Assembly: GCA_043747615.1 (NCBI GenBank)
Contig: JAYTOU010000003.1
Location: 128,001 to 192,000, forward strand
From: Myxococcales bacterium
Lineage (GTDB): Bacteria > Myxococcota_A > Polyangia > Polyangiales > Polyangiaceae
Length of the DNA: 64,000 nucleotides
Direction: 5' to 3'
Part shown: one piece after another, positions 30,291 to 39,043 of the stretch
Position numbering within the stretch: the first letter of the stretch is position 1
How the letters are laid out: every line of letters starts with the position of its first letter
Program-made: the position numbers and the translations under genes
The notes under the pieces: model-generated
The model's input: only the letters and a program-made list of their open reading frames with translations
Told to the model about the DNA's origin: nothing
Database searches by the model: none

Positions 30291-30333
30291 GGTGGGGGCA
30301 TCCTATCGCGAGAGCCGTGCTATGTGCACCCGC

Positions 30334-30834
30334 ATGCTCGACACCTTACGGACCACGCTCTACCGCGTCATCACCACTGCGCGCGGCGATGGCTTCGCGC
30401 CGGTGCGCATTCCGAAAGATCTCGCCCGCCGCGCGAACGCGCTCTTGGGGCAGCCGCTGTGCTCACCGAGCGAGCTCGAGATCCGCCGCGCCGCAGAGGC
30501 CAAGCTCGCATCCCTCCGCGCGGGCACCGCTGTTCCCGCGACGACAAAGACGACCGCTCGCAAAGAGGCGGTGCCGGTGATGGTCTACTTCGAAAAAGAT
30601 CGGAACAAGCGCGAGCAGACGCGGATCGAAGAGCTGCTCGTCTCCAAGTCCATTGCGTTCACGGGTCTCGACGTGGCGGGCGACGAAGCCACGCAGGTCT
30701 TTGTGACCCGCCAGGCTAAGTGTGAGCTCGACGATCTGCCCATCGTGTTCATCGCCGGCAAGCCCATCGGCGGATACAAAGAGCTCGTCGAAGCCGACGT
30801 GTGCGGCGATCTGAAAAAAGCCCTCGCGGGCTGA
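30334..30834 (+). CDS. Glutaredoxin-like protein lacking CxxC
   Basis: C-terminal LPIVFIAGKPIGG..EL....GDL..AL glutaredoxin signature. Confidence 0.7.
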   Translation: MLDTLRTTLYRVITTARGDGFAPVRIPKDLARRANALLGQPLCSPSELEIRRAAEAKLASLRAGTAVPATTKTTARKEAVPVMVYFEKDRNKREQTRIEELLVSKSIAFTGLDVAGDEATQVFVTRQAKCELDDLPIVFIAGKPIGGYKELVEADVCGDLKKALAG

Positions 30835-30980
30835 CGAACGATGAAGACGATCGACGGCGCTTCTCGGCTACGCGATCCATACGAGTGTCTCGTCGAGGGG
30901 TCCGGTCGCGATCGCCGCGTGGTTCGACCTGCATCGGTAGTCCGCCCGCCGTCGTCACAGCGGCTCCCGCGCACTCGTTT

Positions 30981-31874
30981 TTAAAACCTGCCGACGATGC
31001 TGGCTCCGCCGGCGCGGGGGGACACGCTTGGCAGAACACTCCACCAAACGCCCTTCTTTCCAGCGTTGTTCGCGACACCGTCTTCGAGCACCTCGGGGTG
31101 ACTTGGTAGTCCGACCGCGATGAGGAGCGCTCCGAGCGCCTGAGCAACACCGCTCGTAACGAGGCCAACGCGGGCGGCGGTCTCTCCGACGCACGGGTCG
31201 AGGGGGAGAGCGTCCGTTACCGGCGTGGTGCAGCGTTCGCGGCCCGCGAGATCGATCCATGGGCCCACCACGGGCACGAAGAGCGCGCGATCTCCGCTTC
31301 GCGACGACGCCCCTCCGGCATACGCCGACGGCAAGTAGGCGAGCGACAGGATGATCACGCCCGTGACGAGCGCCGCGGTGTAGCGGTGGGTGACGACGTG
31401 GCCGCCACCGGGGATGGCATCGTCGACCTCGAACGTTCCGCCGACCTCGATGCGATCGGTCGCCTTCAGAGGGATCACAGTCTCGCCTGCCGCGAGCTTG
31501 CCGCGCACTTCATCGGAGTCGTGCGGCGAGCTGGCAGTGCCTGGCTCGAAGTGGATCGTCGCCGCAGGGTCGCCCCCGCGCCGTACCGCGGTGATACGCT
31601 CCTGCGCGTCGAGCTCGATCACGTCCCCGCGCTGAAGTTTGTGCACGTAGACGTCGCGCGCGCTCGAGACGATCACCTTGTCGGAGGTGATCTTGGCGTC
31701 GGCCGGAATGCTCGTCCGCTCCGTCTCGCCGATGACTGCGGTGGGGACGAGCTTGGTCCCCGCGAGATCCCCGGCCTGCTTCGGCGTAACCACCCGGCTG
31801 ATGGCGATGGTGCCTGGCGCACACGCCGAGACGGCCGTCGCCGCGAGAACGAGCGCGAGCGCACGTCCGCTCAC
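30981..31874 (-). CDS. Hypothetical lipoprotein with C-terminal hydrophobic segments
   Basis: Lipobox VSAC; LFVPVVGPWI motif; ends in F. Confidence 0.65.
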   Translation of the reverse strand: MSGRALALVLAATAVSACAPGTIAISRVVTPKQAGDLAGTKLVPTAVIGETERTSIPADAKITSDKVIVSSARDVYVHKLQRGDVIELDAQERITAVRRGGDPAATIHFEPGTASSPHDSDEVRGKLAAGETVIPLKATDRIEVGGTFEVDDAIPGGGHVVTHRYTAALVTGVIILSLAYLPSAYAGGASSRSGDRALFVPVVGPWIDLAGRERCTTPVTDALPLDPCVGETAARVGLVTSGVAQALGALLIAVGLPSHPEVLEDGVANNAGKKGVWWSVLPSVSPRAGGASIVGRF

Positions 31875-32227
31875 CGTGTGAACTCCACTGACCTTCCGAG
31901 GTGACCTATGCTGCGCGCCTCGAGACAGCACGGAGAGCCCGGTTCGACGATACGGCAGTCCTCCGGGCGACGCTCGTAGACGGCACACGGGAATTTGCCG
32001 GGAGTCGAGACATCTAGCGCAGCGCAGCGTGCGCCTTCATTTTTCATGAAGCGCCAGCCGGGCGGACGAGAGTCGATCTCGGTGAACATTTCGAGGTCGC
32101 GCTTGCCCATGCGTTCGTCGTCCTCGACGAGAAAATGCACGGTGCGTGGCTCGTGATGGCAGCACCTCCCGCAGTCGACGCAATCGGCGCCGCCGGGATC
32201 AGGCTCGTCTCGAAGCGGTGTCGGCAT
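31871..32227 (-). CDS. YkgJ/FliB-family cysteine-cluster protein
   Basis: C..CGRCC, C..L, CAVYERRPEDCR motifs. Confidence 0.88.
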   Translation of the reverse strand: MPTPLRDEPDPGGADCVDCGRCCHHEPRTVHFLVEDDERMGKRDLEMFTEIDSRPPGWRFMKNEGARCAALDVSTPGKFPCAVYERRPEDCRIVEPGSPCCLEARSIGHLGRSVEFTR

Positions 32228-32245
32228 CTCTGAGCAAGTTACTAC

Positions 32246-35200
32246 CTAAACGGCGAGCGGCCACTTCAAGCGGTTGAATTGCGGCGCGATCTTTTTGAGG
32301 TCGCTCCGAAGCCTCGCGACGGAAGGTCGGTTCTCGGGGTTGCGACGAAGCGTGGAAAACAGCACCTCGGCGAGAGGGGCGAGGACGGCGTTGCTGGCGA
32401 GCGTCTTCAGCAGCGGAGGAAATCCGTCGTGGGTGATGTGCCCTGCGATCTGCGCCATTTCGCTGTCCGCTTTGAAGAGGAGGCGCCCGGTGAGCGTCTC
32501 GAAGGCGAGGCATCCAAAGGAATAGATGTCGGCGCTGCTCGGCGCGGATTTGGCTTCGTCGCCCGCTCCCCACACCTCAGGCGCGCCGTAAGGACCGCTC
32601 CCGCAACCCGGGCGAATGTGACGACCTGCCAAGCCGAAGTCGACGAGCACACCGGCAGCCCCGTTTCGAAGGACGACGTTGGAGGGCTTCACGTCGAGGT
32701 GTCCGACGCCGGCGCCGTGCATCGCTTCGAGCCCGCACAGCACGTCGTCGAGGACGGCGAAGCAGCGCGCCATGTCGAGCCCGCGCGACTCCACGACTTG
32801 CTCGAGGGTCGAGCCCTCCACGAGCTCCATCACCAAGATCGGCTTCGGCCGCGCAGCAAGATCGAAGGTCACGAAGTGCGCAAGGTTCTCGTGCTGCGGG
32901 ACGGCGATGAGCGCCGAGGCCTCGGCCCGGAACATCTGCAGGAATTCTGCCTCTGAGAGCATGCGTGCCGCGGTAGCCGAGTAATCAGGCACTTTGAGCG
33001 CAAACTTTTCGGCGCCCGCGACGTGGCGATCTTCGACGCGGTTGACCACGAAGACCGAGCCCGAGGCGCCGGAGCCGAGAGCGCGAACGATGTAGAATCC
33101 GCCGAGCGTTCTACGCGGAGGCACCCACGCCGGGAGCTGTTCGCTCTTCGCGCGCACTTGCTTGGCCTCGTCGGACGCGCTCTCCGTCGGACGCTCCGGA
33201 AGCCCTGCAATCAGCGCGGAGACGACCAGGGCGATCGCCGGCGGCGCCTCGGCGAGGAGCTCACGCTCGCACGTCGCGAGCATCTCGACCGTGAGGCTCG
33301 GCTCCGCGCCGGACAGAACGCGCGCCACCGCGACGGATAGGAGGTGGCCGGGCGCGCTCGCCGGTATGCTTGAATCGCGCGAATCGGGATCGACCTGGAG
33401 CCTTCCGCGCGCGCCCATCGTCAGCTGGCCGAGAGCGGCGAGCGCACCCTCCAGCGAGGAGACGACGTCGGGATCCGTCCCCCCGCTGGACAGCGCCCGG
33501 AGCGACGAGGCGCCGGCCACGGCCTTGAGCGCCGCATGGAGACGGACGAGCGCGGTGCGCAACGCTTCGCCGCGGCTCGACGCGTGCGGAATGAGCTCGC
33601 GCGACAGCTCCTCGAGGGGCAAGAGGATCGCGTCGCCACGCGAGAGGGGTGCTGCAGGCTCCATAGGCCCGAGCGATGGATAGGCGGTGCTGGCCGGCCC
33701 GTCCGTGCGCGCTTCCGCCGCCGCGCTCGCCGTCATGAACGTGGCGTAGCGCTGGAGCACGTGAATCAAATCCGGATCCATGGATGCTTCGGCGAGCGTC
33801 GTGAGCTCCTGCGCGTTCGCGGACGAGCTCGCGACCACCAAGAGCACGTCGGTCACGTCGAGAGCGTCGGCACGCACGAGCGCGTCTAATGCGCGCGCCA
33901 ATGCGGCGAAGAGGGTGCGACGTAGGGCCTCCGGCGGCTTGGCCTCGACACGCGCGAGCAGTGCGGAGGCAATCCGGAACCATCGCTTTCGGAGCCGCGC
34001 GCCGCGAGCACTGTCGTCGTTCGAGCCGACGTCACTGTCGACGAGATGAAGCAGCGCGCGTAGACGACGCAGGCGCAGCGTGACGTGCGGCACCTGGTGT
34101 GCGGGCTCCTCGGCAGCTCCTTCCATGCTCCCGGGGAGGTTGAACGCCAAACGCGGGCGCGCGGCTGCAACGGGCACGACCGCCTCCCTCCCGAGGATCC
34201 ACTCCGCCAAGCGCTCACGTGCGCCATCGAGCTCCGCGTCGTGCTGTTTTCCGCCGTCGCCTCCACCGATCTTCAGGAGGTCCGCGAGTACACTTTTTTC
34301 GAGCAGAGTGATGTCGAAGTCACGCATGACGGCGAGCGACGTCCGGCGAGCCATCGAGCCGCCCTTCCCCTCTGCGTCATCGTCTTCGTCTTGCGCAAGT
34401 GCGTCCAGGGTGTCGAGCGCACCACCCATGGAGGACAGGACGTCCCGCGCCGCGACGTACGCATCGCGCGCACCGCGACTGGCGAAGGCGTCGAGGGCCG
34501 CGGCGATCTGATCCCGCATCGGCGGATCACCCTCTTTTTCTCGCTTCAAATCGCGCGAGATCTCTCTCACGAGCGCCGCGCCACCGTCGTCGCGCGTTTT
34601 GACATTGCCGATCTTGAGCGCAGCGATCGCGGCCACCGCGGCGCGCTCGACGAAGGGAGCCGCTCCGAATTCACCGAAGAGCTCGCTGACAGCCTCGGCC
34701 GCGTCGGCCGGCGTGCGACTCATGATTTCATCGAGGAGCGATCCCGCCGCATCTGGCTCTGCCTCGGCGGCGCGCGAAATTCCCCAGACGAAGGCGGCGC
34801 CCACGCCACGATCGCGATCGAGGATCCCGGCGGTGATGGCGATCGTCGCGGCCCGAAGGGATGCTTCTGGTGCGACGGCGGTCATCGCTGCGAGTGACGT
34901 CGCACCGCGGCGCCACTCGGTCGGCGAAAGATTCTGAGCCATCGCCCCGAGAGTCGCGGTCTTCATCGCCGGCATCCACGGCGCGACGAGGCCACGGGCG
35001 ACGGCCACGTGACGCCACACGAGCGACTCGCGATCGTCGAGGAGACGGCCCCAGGCATCACGGATCACGTCGCTCTTGAAAATACGCAGCGCGTGATCGT
35101 CGCCCTGTTGTGCGCGCTTGGACGCTTCGCGCGCCGCTCGCTCGATGAGACGCGCGGCGAGCCTTCGCGCGGGCAGCGCACCAGTCGACGCAATGGAAAT

Positions 35201-35704
35201 CCATTCGCGCGCCAGCTCTCGACCTGAGCAAAGGGCGAGCGCGAGTGCTCCGTCGGCCATTCCCAGACCGATCGGCAGCTCCACCGCCAAGGCAATCCGG
35301 GCCCGCACCGGCCCGTTCGCAAGCCCTTTTCCCGCTCCCAGGGCCATCCGGGTGGTCATGGCCAGCACCGTTTCGGCGTTGCCTGCGTTGAGGCGAGCGA
35401 GCACCCTCCGGCCGATCTCGCGCTGCTCCCAGCCGAGGGGCAGCGCGGCGGCCAACGCATAGAGCGCGGCACCTGCGGCAGACGGGGCAAGCCAATCGAG
35501 GTCGTCGACCAGGCCGTCCGTGATGGCGACCTTCACGCCCTTCGCGAGGGCGTCCGGATGCAGCCCTTCCAGGGGACTCGGACCCTCGTCGGAGCTCGCG
35601 GCCAAGGACGCAACCGACTGGCGCCAGGTCGCACGGCGCTCCGGCGCGTCCGCCAACTTGTGCAAGTCGAGGAGCCCGCTAACGTGCGCCCACGGACCTT
35701 TCAT
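32246..35704 (-). CDS. Large Ser/Thr protein kinase (about 850-aa helical N-terminus plus C-terminal Hanks kinase)
   Basis: LGSGASGSV, ALK, HLDVKPSN, DFG, YGAPE, DIYSFG; start at 35704 or 35743. Confidence 0.9.
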   Translation of the reverse strand: MKGPWAHVSGLLDLHKLADAPERRATWRQSVASLAASSDEGPSPLEGLHPDALAKGVKVAITDGLVDDLDWLAPSAAGAALYALAAALPLGWEQREIGRRVLARLNAGNAETVLAMTTRMALGAGKGLANGPVRARIALAVELPIGLGMADGALALALCSGRELAREWISIASTGALPARRLAARLIERAAREASKRAQQGDDHALRIFKSDVIRDAWGRLLDDRESLVWRHVAVARGLVAPWMPAMKTATLGAMAQNLSPTEWRRGATSLAAMTAVAPEASLRAATIAITAGILDRDRGVGAAFVWGISRAAEAEPDAAGSLLDEIMSRTPADAAEAVSELFGEFGAAPFVERAAVAAIAALKIGNVKTRDDGGAALVREISRDLKREKEGDPPMRDQIAAALDAFASRGARDAYVAARDVLSSMGGALDTLDALAQDEDDDAEGKGGSMARRTSLAVMRDFDITLLEKSVLADLLKIGGGDGGKQHDAELDGARERLAEWILGREAVVPVAAARPRLAFNLPGSMEGAAEEPAHQVPHVTLRLRRLRALLHLVDSDVGSNDDSARGARLRKRWFRIASALLARVEAKPPEALRRTLFAALARALDALVRADALDVTDVLLVVASSSANAQELTTLAEASMDPDLIHVLQRYATFMTASAAAEARTDGPASTAYPSLGPMEPAAPLSRGDAILLPLEELSRELIPHASSRGEALRTALVRLHAALKAVAGASSLRALSSGGTDPDVVSSLEGALAALGQLTMGARGRLQVDPDSRDSSIPASAPGHLLSVAVARVLSGAEPSLTVEMLATCERELLAEAPPAIALVVSALIAGLPERPTESASDEAKQVRAKSEQLPAWVPPRRTLGGFYIVRALGSGASGSVFVVNRVEDRHVAGAEKFALKVPDYSATAARMLSEAEFLQMFRAEASALIAVPQHENLAHFVTFDLAARPKPILVMELVEGSTLEQVVESRGLDMARCFAVLDDVLCGLEAMHGAGVGHLDVKPSNVVLRNGAAGVLVDFGLAGRHIRPGCGSGPYGAPEVWGAGDEAKSAPSSADIYSFGCLAFETLTGRLLFKADSEMAQIAGHITHDGFPPLLKTLASNAVLAPLAEVLFSTLRRNPENRPSVARLRSDLKKIAPQFNRLKWPLAV

Positions 35705-35765
35705 TGAACGTCCAATCCCTGAGGGCCTCCGGTGCAAACCCATGGTATCTGAGGGCGCGGGAGGG

Positions 35766-35781
35766 AGCGACTTTCGCGCCC
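35766..35781 (-). promoter_or_regulatory. Candidate sigma54 promoter for the kinase gene
   Basis: Minus strand gGGCGCGAAAGTCGCt (GG-N10-GC). Confidence 0.4.
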
Positions 35782-35809
35782 ACGCCCTGCCAAGAACGAG
35801 AAATACCCC

Positions 35810-37507
35810 GTGATCCAGCTCGAAAAACTCACCAAACGCTTCGGCCCAAAGATCCTCTTCGAGAACGTCTCGATGCAGTTCGACCCGGGCAAACGCTACG
35901 GCCTCACGGGCGCGAACGGCGCGGGCAAATCCACGCTCATCAAGATGCTCGCGGGCGACGAGGACTCCGACACCGGCTCGGTGAGCATCCCCGGCTCGAT
36001 GCGCCTCGGCGTCCTCAAGCAAAATCATTTCGAGTACGACAAAGAGCGGATCCTCGACGCCGTCATGATGGGGAACAAGGCCCTCTGGGATGCGATGCAA
36101 GAGAAGGAGAGGCTCCTCGCCGGCGAGGTGACCGACGAAGTGGGGCTCCGCTTGGGCGAGCTCGAGGGAGTCGTCGCCGAAGAAAACGGCTACGTCGCCG
36201 AGAGCGAAGCGGCCGAGCTCCTCGTGGGCTTGGGCGTTCCCACCGAGAAGCACGCTGAGCCAATGAGCACGCTAGCGGCCGGCTACAAGCTCCGCGTACT
36301 CATCGCGCAGGTGCTCTTCTCGCGCCCCGACGTGCTCCTCCTCGACGAGCCGACGAACCATCTCGATCTCGACTCGATCCGCTGGCTCGAAAATTTTCTC
36401 ATCGACTACAAAGGCACGCTCGTCGTCATCTCCCACGACCGTCACTTCTTGAACGAGGTCGTCACCCACGTGGCCGACGTCGACTACCAGACGATCATGG
36501 TCTACACGGGAAATTACAACGATTTCGTGGGCGCGAAGTACGAGAACCGCCAGCGCGCCGAAGCGCAGAACGTCACGGCGAAGAAGAAGATCGCCGAGCT
36601 CCAGGGCTTCGTCGACAAGTTCGGATCGCATGCCTCGAAGAGCAAACAAGCCCAGTCGCGCGTGAAGCAAATCGAGAAACTCGAGGTGAAGGAGCTCAAG
36701 CGCTCGAGCCTCGTTCGCCCCTTCATCCGCTTCGAATTCGAGAAGGCCAGCGGCCGAGACGTCCTCCGAATGGAAGGCGTGAACAAGGCCTTCGGCAAGA
36801 AAGAGATCTTCAAAAATCTCACCACGAACATCAACCGCGGCGACAAGATCGCCGTTATCGGGCCGAACGGAATCGGAAAGTCGACGCTCCTCAAGTTGAT
36901 GGTCGGCGGCTTCCCTGGCCTCGACAAGGAGAGCCAGAAAGACGTGCTCACTCCAGATCCCGCGCCGAAGGGCCAGCAGGCCACGGAGATTCGCTGGGGT
37001 CACGAGACGAGCGTCGGGTACTTCGCGCAGGATCACCACGAAGCCCTCGGGCACGCCACGAAGGGAATGACCGCGTTCGAGTGGCTCTACGGATTCGACA
37101 AGAACGCCACCCAGGAGAGCATCCGCGGAATCCTGGGAAGGCTTCTTTTCACGGGTGAAGCAGGGCTCAAGCCCATGGAGGCGCTCTCGGGTGGCGAAGC
37201 CGCGCGTCTCCTTCTCTGCAAGCTGCTGCTCGCAAAGCACAACGTCCTCATCCTCGACGAGCCAACCAACCATCTCGACATCGAGTCCATCGAAGGGCTG
37301 CTCGACGGGCTGAAGCTCTTCAAGGGAACGGTCGTCGTCGTTAGCCACGACCGCCACTTCGTCGCCGAGCTCTCCAACCGCGTCATCGAGCTCGTGCCCG
37401 GTGAAGGCGGCACCGGCGAGGTTCGCAAGGCGGCGACGGTGTCCGATTACGGCGGCACGTACGAGGAGTACCTCGAGCGCGCCGGCCGCGACTACATGCG
37501 GAAGTAA
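35810..37507 (+). CDS. ABC-F family ribosome-associated ATPase (YbiT-like)
   Basis: Two NBDs (GANGAGKST, GPNGIGKST), LLDEPTNHLD twice, ISHDR, no TM segments. Confidence 0.93.
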   Translation: MIQLEKLTKRFGPKILFENVSMQFDPGKRYGLTGANGAGKSTLIKMLAGDEDSDTGSVSIPGSMRLGVLKQNHFEYDKERILDAVMMGNKALWDAMQEKERLLAGEVTDEVGLRLGELEGVVAEENGYVAESEAAELLVGLGVPTEKHAEPMSTLAAGYKLRVLIAQVLFSRPDVLLLDEPTNHLDLDSIRWLENFLIDYKGTLVVISHDRHFLNEVVTHVADVDYQTIMVYTGNYNDFVGAKYENRQRAEAQNVTAKKKIAELQGFVDKFGSHASKSKQAQSRVKQIEKLEVKELKRSSLVRPFIRFEFEKASGRDVLRMEGVNKAFGKKEIFKNLTTNINRGDKIAVIGPNGIGKSTLLKLMVGGFPGLDKESQKDVLTPDPAPKGQQATEIRWGHETSVGYFAQDHHEALGHATKGMTAFEWLYGFDKNATQESIRGILGRLLFTGEAGLKPMEALSGGEAARLLLCKLLLAKHNVLILDEPTNHLDIESIEGLLDGLKLFKGTVVVVSHDRHFVAELSNRVIELVPGEGGTGEVRKAATVSDYGGTYEEYLERAGRDYMRK

Positions 37508-37513
37508 AAGGCG

Positions 37514-38446
37514 CTACTCCGCGTCTCCGTTGTCGAGGGAAAATTTGTAGATCCCCTTCGACTGTGCGCGCAACAGGGCAACGCCGGCGCGGCGAACGAT
37601 GTCCGCACCCGACTCACCTGAGGGGGGGACCCACAGGGCGGCGCCGATGCACATCGTGATTGGTCGCGCGCCTGGGAGCTGAAAATCGCAGCCGTCGAGA
37701 GCCGTAAAGATGCGGATGGCCACGGCCTTCGCGGCGACGGCGTCCGCGCCCGGTAGGAGCAGGATGAACTCGTCGTCCTCGAAGCGCGCGATGACGTCGT
37801 AGTCGCGGCGGCACGCCCGCATGCACTCTGCAACCTTCTCGAGGACGCCATCTCCCACCGGCATTCCGAGCTCGTCGTTCAAGAACTGCATCTCGTCGAT
37901 GTCGGCGCGAAGGATCGCGTAGCTGTCCCAGGCCCGGGTCGACCGCCCGTGCTCGCGTTCAACGTCTTCCAGAAAGCGCCGACGGTTGGGGAGCCCGGTG
38001 AGCGTATCGAGGGTGGTGACTTCGTCCAGCTGAGCCTGGAGCTGGGAGCGCGCTCGATCTGCGGAGCGCTCGCGGGTCACGTCGCGAAACACGACGACGG
38101 TGCCGAGCGTCTTTTCGCCTTCGTTGATCGAGTACATCAAAAATTGCACTTTTCGCGGGCGCGGACGGACGATGTCGAGCTCGGCCGCAGCAGGGGCGCT
38201 CCCCTCCCGTTGGGCGAGAGCGTAGAGGACTTCCGGCTCGTCACACGCCTCAGCGAGCACGGAAAAGAGCTCCGCGCGCGATCGGCCGACGTAAACGGCG
38301 GGGTCGATCCCGAACAGGTCCGCGACCCGTCGACCGATCATTCCACACGTGCCGTTGAGGTCGAAGATGGCGAAACCTTCGTCCGCGCCATCGAGCACGG
38401 CGGAGAGCGCCGAAAAGAAGAACGCCCCTTTCTGTTCGCCGCCCAT
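37514..38446 (-). CDS. PAS plus GGDEF-domain protein with a degenerate active site
   Basis: DTLTGLPNRR, NDELG..GD.VL, RDYD I-site, ARFEDDEF in place of GGDEF. Confidence 0.88.
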   Translation of the reverse strand: MGGEQKGAFFFSALSAVLDGADEGFAIFDLNGTCGMIGRRVADLFGIDPAVYVGRSRAELFSVLAEACDEPEVLYALAQREGSAPAAAELDIVRPRPRKVQFLMYSINEGEKTLGTVVVFRDVTRERSADRARSQLQAQLDEVTTLDTLTGLPNRRRFLEDVEREHGRSTRAWDSYAILRADIDEMQFLNDELGMPVGDGVLEKVAECMRACRRDYDVIARFEDDEFILLLPGADAVAAKAVAIRIFTALDGCDFQLPGARPITMCIGAALWVPPSGESGADIVRRAGVALLRAQSKGIYKFSLDNGDAE

Positions 38447-38515
38447 CAAGAACGATGGTGTCGACGTCTCTCGTGCATGACAAGTCCGAAGACGCGGACT
38501 ACCTTCGAGCACTGG

Positions 38516-39043
38516 ATGAATCCCCTACGGACGGCGCTCGCGCTTCACACCGAAAGCTTGGTACGGGCGGACGTGAAGCGGACCAGCTCGGGTGAAATCG
38601 TGCTCCGAACGCGTGATTACGCTCGAACGACGCTCCAGCCACGGCATCGCGCGGTAGTTCGAGGGTTCGCCGAAGCCCTCTTCTCGGACGGCGTCGACGA
38701 GATCCCAGACGCGAGGCTCAGCGCGTTCGTCGACGACGTGAACAACTTCGTGAGCCCGGCGAGCAAGACCCTCCGCTTTGGCCTGCTGGGGATGCTCGAC
38801 ATCATGCGGCTCATGCCGATCGTCGTGATCGGAAAGTTCGCGCTCTTCGAGGATCTCGATCTCGACAGCCGCACGCGGATGCTCGAAAAAATGGAAGGCT
38901 CGCACTTCGCGCCGCTCCTCTTGGTGTTCATCGCGTTCAAAACGATCATGACCATGGCCTACTTCGAAGACGACAAGGAGCTTCTCTCCATGGGCTATCC
39001 GGGCCCGGCGCGCGAGCGCTACAAGCAGGGGAGCGCCACATGA
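38516..39043 (+). CDS. Small partner subunit of the GMC oxidoreductase (gluconate 2-dehydrogenase subunit 3-like)
   Basis: F..L....R...L...K......AYF......MGYPGP pattern; ATGA overlap with the GMC gene; start uncertain. Confidence 0.65.
   Translation: MNPLRTALALHTESLVRADVKRTSSGEIVLRTRDYARTTLQPRHRAVVRGFAEALFSDGVDEIPDARLSAFVDDVNNFVSPASKTLRFGLLGMLDIMRLMPIVVIGKFALFEDLDLDSRTRMLEKMEGSHFAPLLLVFIAFKTIMTMAYFEDDKELLSMGYPGPARERYKQGSAT

Noticed and set aside
30841..30984. 47-codon ORF after the glutaredoxin-like gene
   Set aside because: No RBS or recognisable motif; cannot be supported.
35705..36253. N-terminal 180 aa of the 1335-aa kinase ORF in the track
   Set aside because: Antisense shadow of the ABC-F gene; the real start is probably 35704 or 35743.
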